Source of the DNA: a plasmid
Strand: one strand, 5' to 3'
DNA length: 64,000 nucleotides
Sequence record: NZ_LR134454.1
Notes under the pieces: model-generated
Told to the model about the DNA's origin: nothing
Database searches by the model: none
Seen by the model: only the letters and a program-made list of their open reading frames with translations
Position numbers and translations under genes: made by a program
In this document: positions 9,172 through 17,199 of the stretch, one piece after another
How the letters are laid out: every line of letters begins with the position of its first letter
Position numbering within the stretch: the first letter of the stretch is position 1

Positions 9172-10149
9172 ATGCGTATGCGCAACGGCTGGGCCAAGAA
9201 GGCCACCGCCGCCGCGGTCACCGTGGCTGCCATTCCGGCCCTGACGATCGCCGGCACGGGCGCCGCGAACGCCTGGGGCCCCGGCAACGCCAAGAACCCG
9301 CCGAAGGGCTTCAAGCAGGCCTTCGTCAACGGCGCGGGCATGCCGAACGTCAAGGTCCGCAGCTGGGCCTCGACCACCACCGACCCCAAGAAGGCCCCCA
9401 CCGTCGTGCTGCTCGACGGTCTGCGCGCCACCTGGGACGTCTCGGGCTGGGAGCGCGACTCCAACGTGGCCTTCCTGTCGCAGAAGGGCATCAACGTCGT
9501 GACGCCCGTCGGCGGCACCTCGAGCTGGTACACCGACTGGCAGGGCCCGTCCTCGACGAACCGCCAGGCCTACCGCTACACCTGGGCGTCGTTCCTCAAG
9601 AACAGCCTCCCGCAGTACATCCGCAGCCTCGGCTTCAGCGACAACGTCTCGCTGGTCGGCCTGTCGATGTCCGGTAGCGCCGCGATCATCAACACCGTCG
9701 AGTCGAACGGCTACTACAAGCGTGCCGCCTCGCTCTCCGGCCTGAACAACATCTCGGCGCCCGGCGTCCCGATCGCCGTCGGCATCGCCTCGCTCGATTC
9801 GGGCGGCTACAACGCCGGCCTCGACATGTGGGGCGGCCCGTTCGACTCCCGCTGGGCGAAGAACGACCCGACCGTGCAGGTGAACCGCCTGAAGAACATC
9901 CCGCTGTGGATCTCGGCCGGCAACGGCGTCTTCGGCAAGTACACCCCGAACCCGGGCCCGGCCGACGTCATCCAGGGCGTGCCGCTCGAGTGGCTCGCGC
10001 TGTCGCAGTCGCGCGCCTTCGAGGGTGCGGCCAAGCGTGCGGGCCTGTCCAAGGCGCACTTCGACTTCCCGCCGGCCGGCACCCACACGTGGGGCTACTG
10101 GCAGGACCAGGTGTGGCAGATGCAGCGCACCGGCTGGTTCTCGAAGTAA
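9172..10149 (+). CDS. Mycolyltransferase / antigen-85-family esterase, paralog 1 (secreted, signal peptide)
   Basis: 325 aa with a Sec signal peptide ending AANA. Has the esterase_D fold with catalytic Ser in VGLSMSGSAA. RBS GAGGAAGAGAG upstream. Confidence 0.8.
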   Translation: MRMRNGWAKKATAAAVTVAAIPALTIAGTGAANAWGPGNAKNPPKGFKQAFVNGAGMPNVKVRSWASTTTDPKKAPTVVLLDGLRATWDVSGWERDSNVAFLSQKGINVVTPVGGTSSWYTDWQGPSSTNRQAYRYTWASFLKNSLPQYIRSLGFSDNVSLVGLSMSGSAAIINTVESNGYYKRAASLSGLNNISAPGVPIAVGIASLDSGGYNAGLDMWGGPFDSRWAKNDPTVQVNRLKNIPLWISAGNGVFGKYTPNPGPADVIQGVPLEWLALSQSRAFEGAAKRAGLSKAHFDFPPAGTHTWGYWQDQVWQMQRTGWFSK

Positions 10150-10254
10150 TCCTTCGCGATTGCACGAACAGATCACACGACAGGCGGCCTCGTTCGGACG
10201 AACGGGGCCGCTTGTCGTATTGTGAGGTGGACGACTTTCCTGAGGAAACCGGGA

Positions 10255-10375
10255 GGGTGTGTAACGCCTTACCCTGTGATTTCGATGAGATCCAGGGAGA
10301 GTGTCGCTCATGTGACTTATGTGAAACATGTGACATGTGTGACGAACGATGTTAGAGTGACGGCTGTGACAAGGC
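10255..10375. promoter_or_regulatory. AT-rich spacer with at least 6 direct copies of (T)GTGAC between the two mycolyltransferase genes (candidate multi-site operator/promoter)
   Basis: catGTGACttatGTGAAacatGTGACatGTGTGACgaacgatgttagaGTGACggctGTGAC. The local GC is far below the genome background. Confidence 0.3.
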
Positions 10376-10449
10376 TGGTCGAGTGCGACCATCCGTCCGG
10401 TCCACCAGCTACTGCGCGGAGATTCCGTGTGAAAAAGGAGAGGTCAGCA

Positions 10450-11412
10450 ATGCGAGCAGCCTGGGGTAAGCGAGCGGGTGCGGCGGTTCTCACCGCGGCC
10501 ATGGTGCCCGCCCTCGCCGGTATGGGTGCCGGCGTCGCCGGCGCCTGGGGTCCGGGGTCGGCGAAGAACCCGCCCAAGGGCTTCAAGTCCGAGAAGGTCG
10601 ACGGAGCCGGCATGCCGGCCGTCACGGTGCGTTCGTGGGCTTCGACCACGACCGACCCGGCGAAGGCCCCGACCGTCGTCCTGCTCGACGGTCTGCGCGC
10701 CACGCAGGACGTCTCCGGCTGGGAGCGCGACTCGAACGTCGCCTTCCTGTCGCAGAAGGGCGTCAACGTCGTCATGCCCGTCGGCGGCACGGCCAGCTTC
10801 TACACGAACTGGGCGAACACCTCCAAGCACGGCAACGGCACCTACAAGGCCACCTGGGGCAACTTCCTCGCGTCGAGCCTGCCGAACTACATCAAGTCGC
10901 GCGGCTTCTCGAGCAACCTCTCGCTCGTCGGCATCTCGATGGGTGGCGGCGCCGCCCTCATCAACGCCGCGAACAACCCGGGCGTCTACAAGCGCGCCGC
11001 CGCGCTGTCGGGCTTCCTGAACACCTCGGCCCCCGGCATGCCGGTCGCCGTGGGCGTCGCCATGCTGGACGCGGGCGGCTACAACGTCCTCGACATGTGG
11101 GGCGGCCCGTTCGACGCCAACTGGGCGAAGAACGACCCGACCGTGCAGGTCGGTCGCCTGAAGGGCACCAAGCTCTGGATCACCGCCTCGACCGGTGAGC
11201 CCGGCAAGTACACCCCGAACCCGTCGCCCGCCGACATCGTTCAGGGCGTGCCGCTGGAGATCCTCGCCAAGTCGCAGTCGGAGGCCTTCAAGGCCGCCGC
11301 CGACAAGGCCGGCGTGAGCGCTCACTACGACTTCTCGTCGGTGGGCACCCACACCTGGGGCTACTGGAGCGACCAGGTCTGGCAGATGCAGCGCACGGGT
11401 TGGTTCAACTGA
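10450..11412 (+). CDS. Mycolyltransferase / antigen-85-family esterase, paralog 2
   Basis: 320 aa with about 60% identity to paralog 1 and a signal peptide. Catalytic Ser lies in VGISMGGGAA. The start was chosen at the ATG after the GGAGAGG RBS; the in-frame upstream extension was rejected. Confidence 0.8.
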   Translation: MRAAWGKRAGAAVLTAAMVPALAGMGAGVAGAWGPGSAKNPPKGFKSEKVDGAGMPAVTVRSWASTTTDPAKAPTVVLLDGLRATQDVSGWERDSNVAFLSQKGVNVVMPVGGTASFYTNWANTSKHGNGTYKATWGNFLASSLPNYIKSRGFSSNLSLVGISMGGGAALINAANNPGVYKRAAALSGFLNTSAPGMPVAVGVAMLDAGGYNVLDMWGGPFDANWAKNDPTVQVGRLKGTKLWITASTGEPGKYTPNPSPADIVQGVPLEILAKSQSEAFKAAADKAGVSAHYDFSSVGTHTWGYWSDQVWQMQRTGWFN

Positions 11413-11437
11413 TCCCGCGCTGATCGAACGATCGCAA

Positions 11438-11469
11438 GGAAGGCCCCGGGCACCTGCCCGGGGCCTTCC
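11438..11469. terminator. Hairpin GGAAGGCCCCGGGCA-CC-TGCCCGGGGCCTTCC downstream of mycolyltransferase 2
   Basis: A perfect 15-bp stem located 26 bp after the stop codon. Confidence 0.5.
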
Positions 11470-11526
11470 GGCGTATCGGTACGCTTTTCAGCGAACCCAC
11501 ACGAGAGAGTCGAGGTTGCAGCCCTC

Positions 11527-12468
11527 ATGACCCCGCCGGCCCCGCTCACCCCCACGACAGCCGATACCGACGAGCCCCTCGGTTTCCGCATCGATCCCGT
11601 GCTCGCGCGCAGCTGGCTGCTGGTCAACGCCGCGCAGCCCGAGCGCTTCGACGCGGCGGCCCGGTCGCGCGCGGACATCGTGGTGCTGGACATCGAGGAC
11701 GCCGTCGCGCCCAAGGACAAGGTGGCCGCGCGGAACAACGTGGTCGACTGGCTCAGCCGCGAGGTCGACGGGACGCCGAACGACGGCTGGGTCCGCGTCA
11801 ACGGCTTCGGCACGCAGTGGTGGGCCGACGACCTCGAGGCGCTGCGCGAGGCGAAGCACCTCGGCGGGGTCATGCTGGCGATGGTCGAGTCGATGGACCA
11901 CGTGACCGAGACGGCCAAGCGGCTGCCCGACACGCTCATCGTCGCGCTGGTGGAGACCGCGCGCGGGCTGGAGCGGATCAGCGAGATCGCGTCGGCCAAG
12001 GGCACGTTCCGCCTGGCCTTCGGCATCGGCGACTTCCGCCGCGACACGGGCTTCGGCGGCGACCCGACGACGCTGGCCTACGCCCGCTCGCGCTTCACCA
12101 TCGCCGCCAAGGCCGCGCACCTGCCGGGCGCGATCGACGGGCCGACCGTCGGATCCAAGGGGTTGCTGCTGACGGAGGCCACCGCGGTCTCCGCCGAGTT
12201 CGGCATGACCGGCAAGATCTGCCTCACCCCCGACCAGTGCCACCCGGTGAACGAGGGCCTGAGCCCCTCGCCCGAGGACATCCGCTGGTCGCGGGAGTTC
12301 TTCGCGGACTTCGACCGCGACGGCGGCGAGATCCGCAACGGCTCGGACCTGCCGCGTATCGCGCGCGCCACGAAGATCCTCGACCTGGCCCGCGCCTACG
12401 GCATCGTCGTCGCCGACGGCCTGGACGGCGAGCACGCCCCGGCACCGTCGGACACCTTCCACTACTGA
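11527..12468 (+). CDS. citE: HpcH/HpaI aldolase / citrate-lyase beta-subunit-like (CitE) CoA-ester lyase
   Basis: 313 aa with the CitE-like pattern (DIVVLDIEDAVAPKDK…LVETARGLERISEIA). Confidence 0.75.
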   Translation: MTPPAPLTPTTADTDEPLGFRIDPVLARSWLLVNAAQPERFDAAARSRADIVVLDIEDAVAPKDKVAARNNVVDWLSREVDGTPNDGWVRVNGFGTQWWADDLEALREAKHLGGVMLAMVESMDHVTETAKRLPDTLIVALVETARGLERISEIASAKGTFRLAFGIGDFRRDTGFGGDPTTLAYARSRFTIAAKAAHLPGAIDGPTVGSKGLLLTEATAVSAEFGMTGKICLTPDQCHPVNEGLSPSPEDIRWSREFFADFDRDGGEIRNGSDLPRIARATKILDLARAYGIVVADGLDGEHAPAPSDTFHY

Positions 12469-12500
12469 GTCGCTGCTGAGTCACCACTGAGCTCGACGAC

Positions 12501-12537
12501 GAAGCCCCCGCACCGCGCACCGGCGGTCGGGGGCTTC
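12501..12537. terminator. Hairpin GAAGCCCCCG…CGGGGGCTTC between convergent citE and yceI
   Basis: A 10-bp perfect inverted repeat with an 17-nt loop. Confidence 0.45.
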
Positions 12538-12551
12538 GTTCGCGCTGCGGA

Positions 12552-13088
12552 TCAGGCCTGGCGCAGGGCCTCGATGTCGAGCGTGAGGGTGATCTTGTCG
12601 CCGATCACCTTGCCGCCGGTCTCCAGCGGCATGTCGATCGAGATGCCGAAGTCCTGGCGGGTGATCACGGTGGACGCCTCGAACGCGGCGACCTCGCCCT
12701 GGCCCATGCCGGGGTTGGTGCCGAGGAACTCGAGGTCGAACTGCACGGGCTTGGTGATGCCGCGCAGGGTCAGCTCGCCGGTGAGCACGTAGTTCGAGCC
12801 CTTCTCCGCGACGCCGGTCGAGAGGAACGTCGCCTTCGGGTGGTTCTCGGCGTCGAAGAAGTCGGCGGTGCGGATGTGGGCGTCACGCTGCGCGTTGCGG
12901 GTGTTCACGGAGGTCACGTCGACCTCGGCGGAGAGCGACGCGCTGCCGTCCTCGGCGACCGTGATCGTGCCGCTGAACTCGTCGAAGCGGCCCTTGACCT
13001 TGCTCACCATCAGGTGGCGCACGGAGAACTCGACGGACGAGTGGACCGGGTCGACGACGTAGGTGCCGGCGGGGAGGACGTTGCTCAT
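12552..13088 (-). CDS. YceI family periplasmic/polyisoprenoid-binding protein
   Basis: 178 aa with a GGAGCA RBS. The YceI signature is present (VDPVHSSVEFSVRHLMVSKVKGRF). Confidence 0.8.
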   Translation of the reverse strand: MSNVLPAGTYVVDPVHSSVEFSVRHLMVSKVKGRFDEFSGTITVAEDGSASLSAEVDVTSVNTRNAQRDAHIRTADFFDAENHPKATFLSTGVAEKGSNYVLTGELTLRGITKPVQFDLEFLGTNPGMGQGEVAAFEASTVITRQDFGISIDMPLETGGKVIGDKITLTLDIEALRQA

Positions 13089-13203
13089 GGGGAAATGCTC
13101 CTTCGATGGTTGAACTCTCACGACTCATCGAGCATAACCGGACTGCGGTCCGATGTATTCCGGGCGGGGTGAACCCGACCGGAACATCCCTGGAATTCCG
13201 GTT

Positions 13204-13572
13204 CTACGCGGCCCCGTGGAAGACCGCCTCCACGTTGTTGCCGTCCGCGTCGCGGACGAAGGCGCCGTAGTACCCCGGGTGGTACTCGGGCCACAGGCGC
13301 GGCGCGTGCAGCGACTCCGCCCCCAGCTCGAGCGCGACGCGGTGGAACTCGTCGACGGTGCCGGTGTCCGGTGCGGCGAAGGCGATGTGCGCCTCCCGAT
13401 TCGAGGAGCCCTCGGCGGCGCCGGAGATCCAGAAGACGGGCTGCTCGGCGCCGTAGCCGACGGCCACGTCGAAGTCCATGAGCCGGCGCGAGCCGAGCAC
13501 GGCGAGCACCCCGTCGTAGAACCGCTTCGCGGCGTCCAGGTCGGCACAGTTGATCCCGAAGTGGTCGATCAT
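13204..13572 (-). CDS. VOC (glyoxalase/bleomycin-resistance/dioxygenase) family protein
   Basis: 122 aa with a GAGGAG RBS, beginning MIDHFGINCADLDAAKRFYDGVL. Confidence 0.75.
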   Translation of the reverse strand: MIDHFGINCADLDAAKRFYDGVLAVLGSRRLMDFDVAVGYGAEQPVFWISGAAEGSSNREAHIAFAAPDTGTVDEFHRVALELGAESLHAPRLWPEYHPGYYGAFVRDADGNNVEAVFHGAA

Positions 13573-13647
13573 GTCGGCTCCTCGCCCGATGCCGGGCGCC
13601 CTCTGCACCCGCGACGTCTCAGGTCTAGCACCGGGGACCGACAGGTT

Positions 13648-15330
13648 TCAGGACAATGCGGCGCGCGCCGCCTCCCGCGCGGCCTGCGGGTCCGGCGCGG
13701 CGACGGCGGCCTCGGCGGCCCACCGGCACTGCTGCAGCGTCACGGAGCCGACCCGGGCGCCCACGGCCGCGGCGGCGCCGGCCGCACACGACAGCGAGGT
13801 CACCCCGAGCCCGACGAGCACGCAGGCGAGCAGCGGGTCGGCCGCGGCCTCGCCGCACACGCCCACGGGCTTGTCCGCGTCGATGCCCGCTCGGGCCGTC
13901 AGCTGGATCAGCCGCAGCACCGCGGGCTGCCACGGGTCGGTGAGCGCGGCGAGCTCGGTGCTCATCCGGTCCGCGGCCATGGCGTACTGCGTGAGGTCGT
14001 TGGTGCCCAGGGAGGCGAAGTCCACCTCGGCCAGCACGGCGTCGGCGCACAGCGCGACGGCGGGGACCTCCACCATGACGCCCGCGGTCAGCCCGCGCGC
14101 GCGGCACTTCGCGGCGAAGTCCCGGGCCTCCGCGGCGGTGGCGATCATCGGCGCCATCACCCACGGCTGCGCGGTGGCACCCTCGGCCGCGGCGGCGATC
14201 GCGTCCAGCTGCCGGTCCAGCAGCCCGGGGTCGCCCTCCGCGATGCGGATGCCGCGCACCCCCAGCGCGGGGTTCTCCTCCTCGCCGTGATCGACGAACT
14301 TCAGCGGCTTGTCGGAGCCCGCGTCCAGCGTGCGGATCACGACCTTCTGCCCGGGGAAGGCGTCGATCACCTCGCGGTACAGCGCGGCCTGCTCCTCGAC
14401 CGACGGCTCGTCGGCGCGGTCGAGGAAGGCGAGCTCGGTCCGGAACAGGCCCACGCCCTCGACCTGCCGCTCGGCGGCGCTGCGCGCCGTGGCCCCGTCC
14501 TGCACGTTCGCCAGGACCGCGACGGCGGCCCCGTCCGACGTGTGCCCGGGCCCGCGCCACCGCGCGACCTCGGCGGCCTCCCGGGCCGACTCCGCGACGC
14601 GCATCCGGGCCTCGCTCTCCTCCGGGTCGACGGTGACGGTGCCCGCGCCGCCGTCGAGCAGCACGGGCGTGCCGGCGTCGACGGTGCCCGCGCCCGCGAG
14701 CCCGACGATGCAGGGGATGCCGAGCTGGCGGGCGATGATCGCGGTGTGGCTGGTCGGGCCGCCGAGCCGGGTGCCGATCCCCACGATGAGCGCGGGGTCG
14801 AGGCCGGCGGTGTCGGCCGGGGCGAGGTCGTCGGCCAGCAGGATCGACGGTGCGTCCGGCACCGGGACGCCGGGCTCCGGCCCGCCGAGCAGCTCGGCGA
14901 CGACACGATCGCGTACGTCGCGCAGGTCGGTGACGCGCTCGGCCATGAGGCCGCCGAGCTTGGTGAACATGTCCGCGAACTGGTCGGTCGCGGCGGCCAC
15001 GGCGTTGGCGGCGGGGGTGCCGGCCCGGATCAGCTTCTCCGTGGTGCCGATCCAGGCCTTGTCGGAGGCGAGGCCGGCGTTCGCGCCGAGGACCTCCGCC
15101 GCGGCGCCCTGTGCCTGCGCGGCGCGGGTCCGCAGCCGGTCGGCCACGGCCTGCGCCGCGGAGGAGAAGCGGGCGGCCTCGGCGTCGCGGTCGTCCTCGG
15201 GCAGGTCGACGGGCGGCGGCACCTCGGGGCGCGCGCCGGGCCACATGACGGGGGCGTAGGCGACCCCGGGCACCACGGGGGTGCCGGTGAGGGTGGCGAG
15301 GCCGGGCGCGGTCGACTGCTGCGAAGTCAT
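13648..15330 (-). CDS. ptsI: Phosphoenolpyruvate–protein phosphotransferase (PTS Enzyme I)
   Basis: 561 aa. The phosphohistidine region (GGPTSHTAIIARQLGIPCIVG) and the PEP-utilising C-terminal TIM barrel are both present. The start was taken at the internal MTSQQ of a longer ORF. Confidence 0.85.
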   Translation of the reverse strand: MTSQQSTAPGLATLTGTPVVPGVAYAPVMWPGARPEVPPPVDLPEDDRDAEAARFSSAAQAVADRLRTRAAQAQGAAAEVLGANAGLASDKAWIGTTEKLIRAGTPAANAVAAATDQFADMFTKLGGLMAERVTDLRDVRDRVVAELLGGPEPGVPVPDAPSILLADDLAPADTAGLDPALIVGIGTRLGGPTSHTAIIARQLGIPCIVGLAGAGTVDAGTPVLLDGGAGTVTVDPEESEARMRVAESAREAAEVARWRGPGHTSDGAAVAVLANVQDGATARSAAERQVEGVGLFRTELAFLDRADEPSVEEQAALYREVIDAFPGQKVVIRTLDAGSDKPLKFVDHGEEENPALGVRGIRIAEGDPGLLDRQLDAIAAAAEGATAQPWVMAPMIATAAEARDFAAKCRARGLTAGVMVEVPAVALCADAVLAEVDFASLGTNDLTQYAMAADRMSTELAALTDPWQPAVLRLIQLTARAGIDADKPVGVCGEAAADPLLACVLVGLGVTSLSCAAGAAAAVGARVGSVTLQQCRWAAEAAVAAPDPQAAREAARAALS

Positions 15331-15353
15331 GTGACACAGATTACGAAATCCTC

Positions 15354-15365
15354 TTGACTTGTCAA
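15354..15365. promoter_or_regulatory. Perfect palindrome TTGACTTGTCAA in the AT-rich ptsI / fruR divergent promoter (candidate DeoR/FruR operator)
   Basis: The 102-bp intergenic region is AT-rich. The palindrome is centred about 75 bp upstream of the fruR ATG. Confidence 0.4.
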
Positions 15366-15432
15366 CACAAACAGGCGTAAAAACAGAAAAATCAAATCCA
15401 TAACCACAGAAACCCACGAACTCGGAGGGGTC

Positions 15433-16206
15433 ATGTACGCGGAGGAACGACAGCGCGCGATCAGTGAACTGGTCGGTGGGCGCGGCCGCGCGTCGGTCAT
15501 GGAGCTGGCCGAACGGTTCGACGTCACCCCGGAGACGGTGCGCCGCGACCTCGACGCCCTCGAGCGCCTCGGCGGCGTCCGCCGCGTGCACGGCGGCGTC
15601 GTCGCCGCGGGCGTCCTCGCCGGCGCCGAATCGGGCCTGGGGGAGCGCGAGGGCACCAACGCCGAGGCCAAGCGCGCGATCGGCGCCGCCGCCCGCCGCT
15701 TCCTGCCGCCGGCGGGCGGCTCCGTCCTCTTCGACGCGGGCACCTCCACCATCGCCGCCGCCCGCGAGGTCCCGGGGAACCTGCACATCACCGCGATCAC
15801 CAACTCCGTGCCCGTGGCGGCCACCCTGTCCACCCGCGAGGCCGTCGAGCTGCGGCTCCTCGGCGGCCGCGTCCGCGGGCTCACGCAGGCGGCGGTCGGC
15901 GCCGGCACCGTCGCCGAGATCGCGGGACTGCGGACCGATGTCGCCATCCTCGGCGCCAACGGGCTCAGTGCTGAGCGGGGCCTCTCCACGCCCGACGCCG
16001 ACGAGGCCGCGGTGAAGACCGCGATGGTCCGCGCCGCCGACTTCGTGGTCCTCGTCGCCGACTCGTCCAAGTTCGCGCGGGAGAGCCTCGTCGCCTTCGC
16101 CGCACTGGACGCGATCGACGTGCTGGTCACCGATGCCGCACCCACCGGCCCGCTCGCGGCGGCGCTCGCCGACCACGGCGTGAACGTCGAGGTCGCCACC
16201 CGATGA
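15433..16206 (+). CDS. fruR: DeoR/GlpR family transcriptional repressor (FruR/SugR-like)
   Basis: 257 aa with the N-terminal DeoR HTH (RQRAISELVGGRGRASVMELAERFDVTPETVRRDLDAL). RBS GGAGGGG. Confidence 0.85.
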   Translation: MYAEERQRAISELVGGRGRASVMELAERFDVTPETVRRDLDALERLGGVRRVHGGVVAAGVLAGAESGLGEREGTNAEAKRAIGAAARRFLPPAGGSVLFDAGTSTIAAAREVPGNLHITAITNSVPVAATLSTREAVELRLLGGRVRGLTQAAVGAGTVAEIAGLRTDVAILGANGLSAERGLSTPDADEAAVKTAMVRAADFVVLVADSSKFARESLVAFAALDAIDVLVTDAAPTGPLAAALADHGVNVEVATR

Positions 16207-17162
16207 TCGTGACCGTCACCGCCAACCCCAGCCTCGACCGGCTCGTCGTCCTCGGCGGGCCGCTGCAGCGAGGCGCCGTGCACCGCGCCGCGGGCGCCGC
16301 CGCCGATCCCGGGGGCAAGGGCGTCAACGTCTCCCGCGTGGTGCACGCCGCGGGGGAGGGCACCGTCGCCCTGCTCCCCGCCGATCAGGGGGATCCGCTG
16401 CTCGTCGGGCTCTCGCGCCTCGGCGTCCCGGCGATCCCGGTCGCCGTCGGCCACGAGGTGCGCAGCAACATCACCGTCACGGAACCCGACGGCACCACCA
16501 CCAAGCTCAACGCGCCCGGGGCGCCGCTCGCGCCGGAGGCGGTGCGGGCGCTCGAGGACGCGATCGTCACCTCCGCCGACGGTGCCGCCTGGCTCGCCCT
16601 GTGCGGCTCGCTGCCGCCCGGTCTTCCGGACGACTGGTACGCCCGTCTCGCCGAGCGCCTCAGCGGGCAGCCGGACGGCCCGCGCATCGCCGTCGACACC
16701 TCCGGCGCGGCGCTCGCGGCGTCCGCGGTGCGCGGCGTCGCGCTGCTCAAGCCCAACGCCGAGGAGCTGGCCGAGCTCGTGGGCCGCGGCGCCGAGGCCG
16801 GCGCCGAGTTCGAGAACCGCGCGGCGGCGGGCGATCTCGCGCCCGTCCGGGACGCGGCGGGCGAACTGCAGCGCCGCACCGGCGGTGCCGTGCTCGCGAC
16901 GCTCGGCGCGGCGGGCGCGCTCCTCGTCACCGCCGAGGGCGCCTGGGCCGCGACACCGCCCCCGATCACGGTGCGCAGCACCGTCGGCGCCGGCGACAGC
17001 TCCCTCGCCGGCTACCTCATCGCCCACGCGCGCGGCGCCACGCCGCCGCGGCGTCTTTCCCTCGCGGTCGCGTACGGCGCCGCGGCCGCAGCACTGCCGG
17101 GCACCCAGGCGCCCCGACCGGAGGAACTCGCCGTCGCCGACGTGCGGGTCATCGCTCTGTAG
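16203..17162 (+). CDS. fruK: 1-phosphofructokinase (PfkB family)
   Basis: Its start overlaps the fruR stop by 4 bp (ATGA). Ribokinase-like motifs are present (GGKGVNV, TVGAGDS). Confidence 0.8.
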   Translation: MIVTVTANPSLDRLVVLGGPLQRGAVHRAAGAAADPGGKGVNVSRVVHAAGEGTVALLPADQGDPLLVGLSRLGVPAIPVAVGHEVRSNITVTEPDGTTTKLNAPGAPLAPEAVRALEDAIVTSADGAAWLALCGSLPPGLPDDWYARLAERLSGQPDGPRIAVDTSGAALAASAVRGVALLKPNAEELAELVGRGAEAGAEFENRAAAGDLAPVRDAAGELQRRTGGAVLATLGAAGALLVTAEGAWAATPPPITVRSTVGAGDSSLAGYLIAHARGATPPRRLSLAVAYGAAAAALPGTQAPRPEELAVADVRVIAL

Positions 17163-17199
17163 CTCCCGACGATCCATCAGCAGAACCGGAGAACACCCC

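Noticed and set aside
10255-10375. TGTGA motifs as CRP/GlxR binding sites
   Set aside because: No TCACA partner at N6 spacing was found. The repeats are direct, not palindromic, so they are reported only as an uncharacterised repeat cluster.
10222-10449. In-frame 76-codon N-terminal extension of mycolyltransferase paralog 2
   Set aside because: It is open only by chance through the AT-rich TGTGAC island. The signal peptide and the GGAGAGG RBS define the start at 10450, and the extension has no counterpart in paralog 1.
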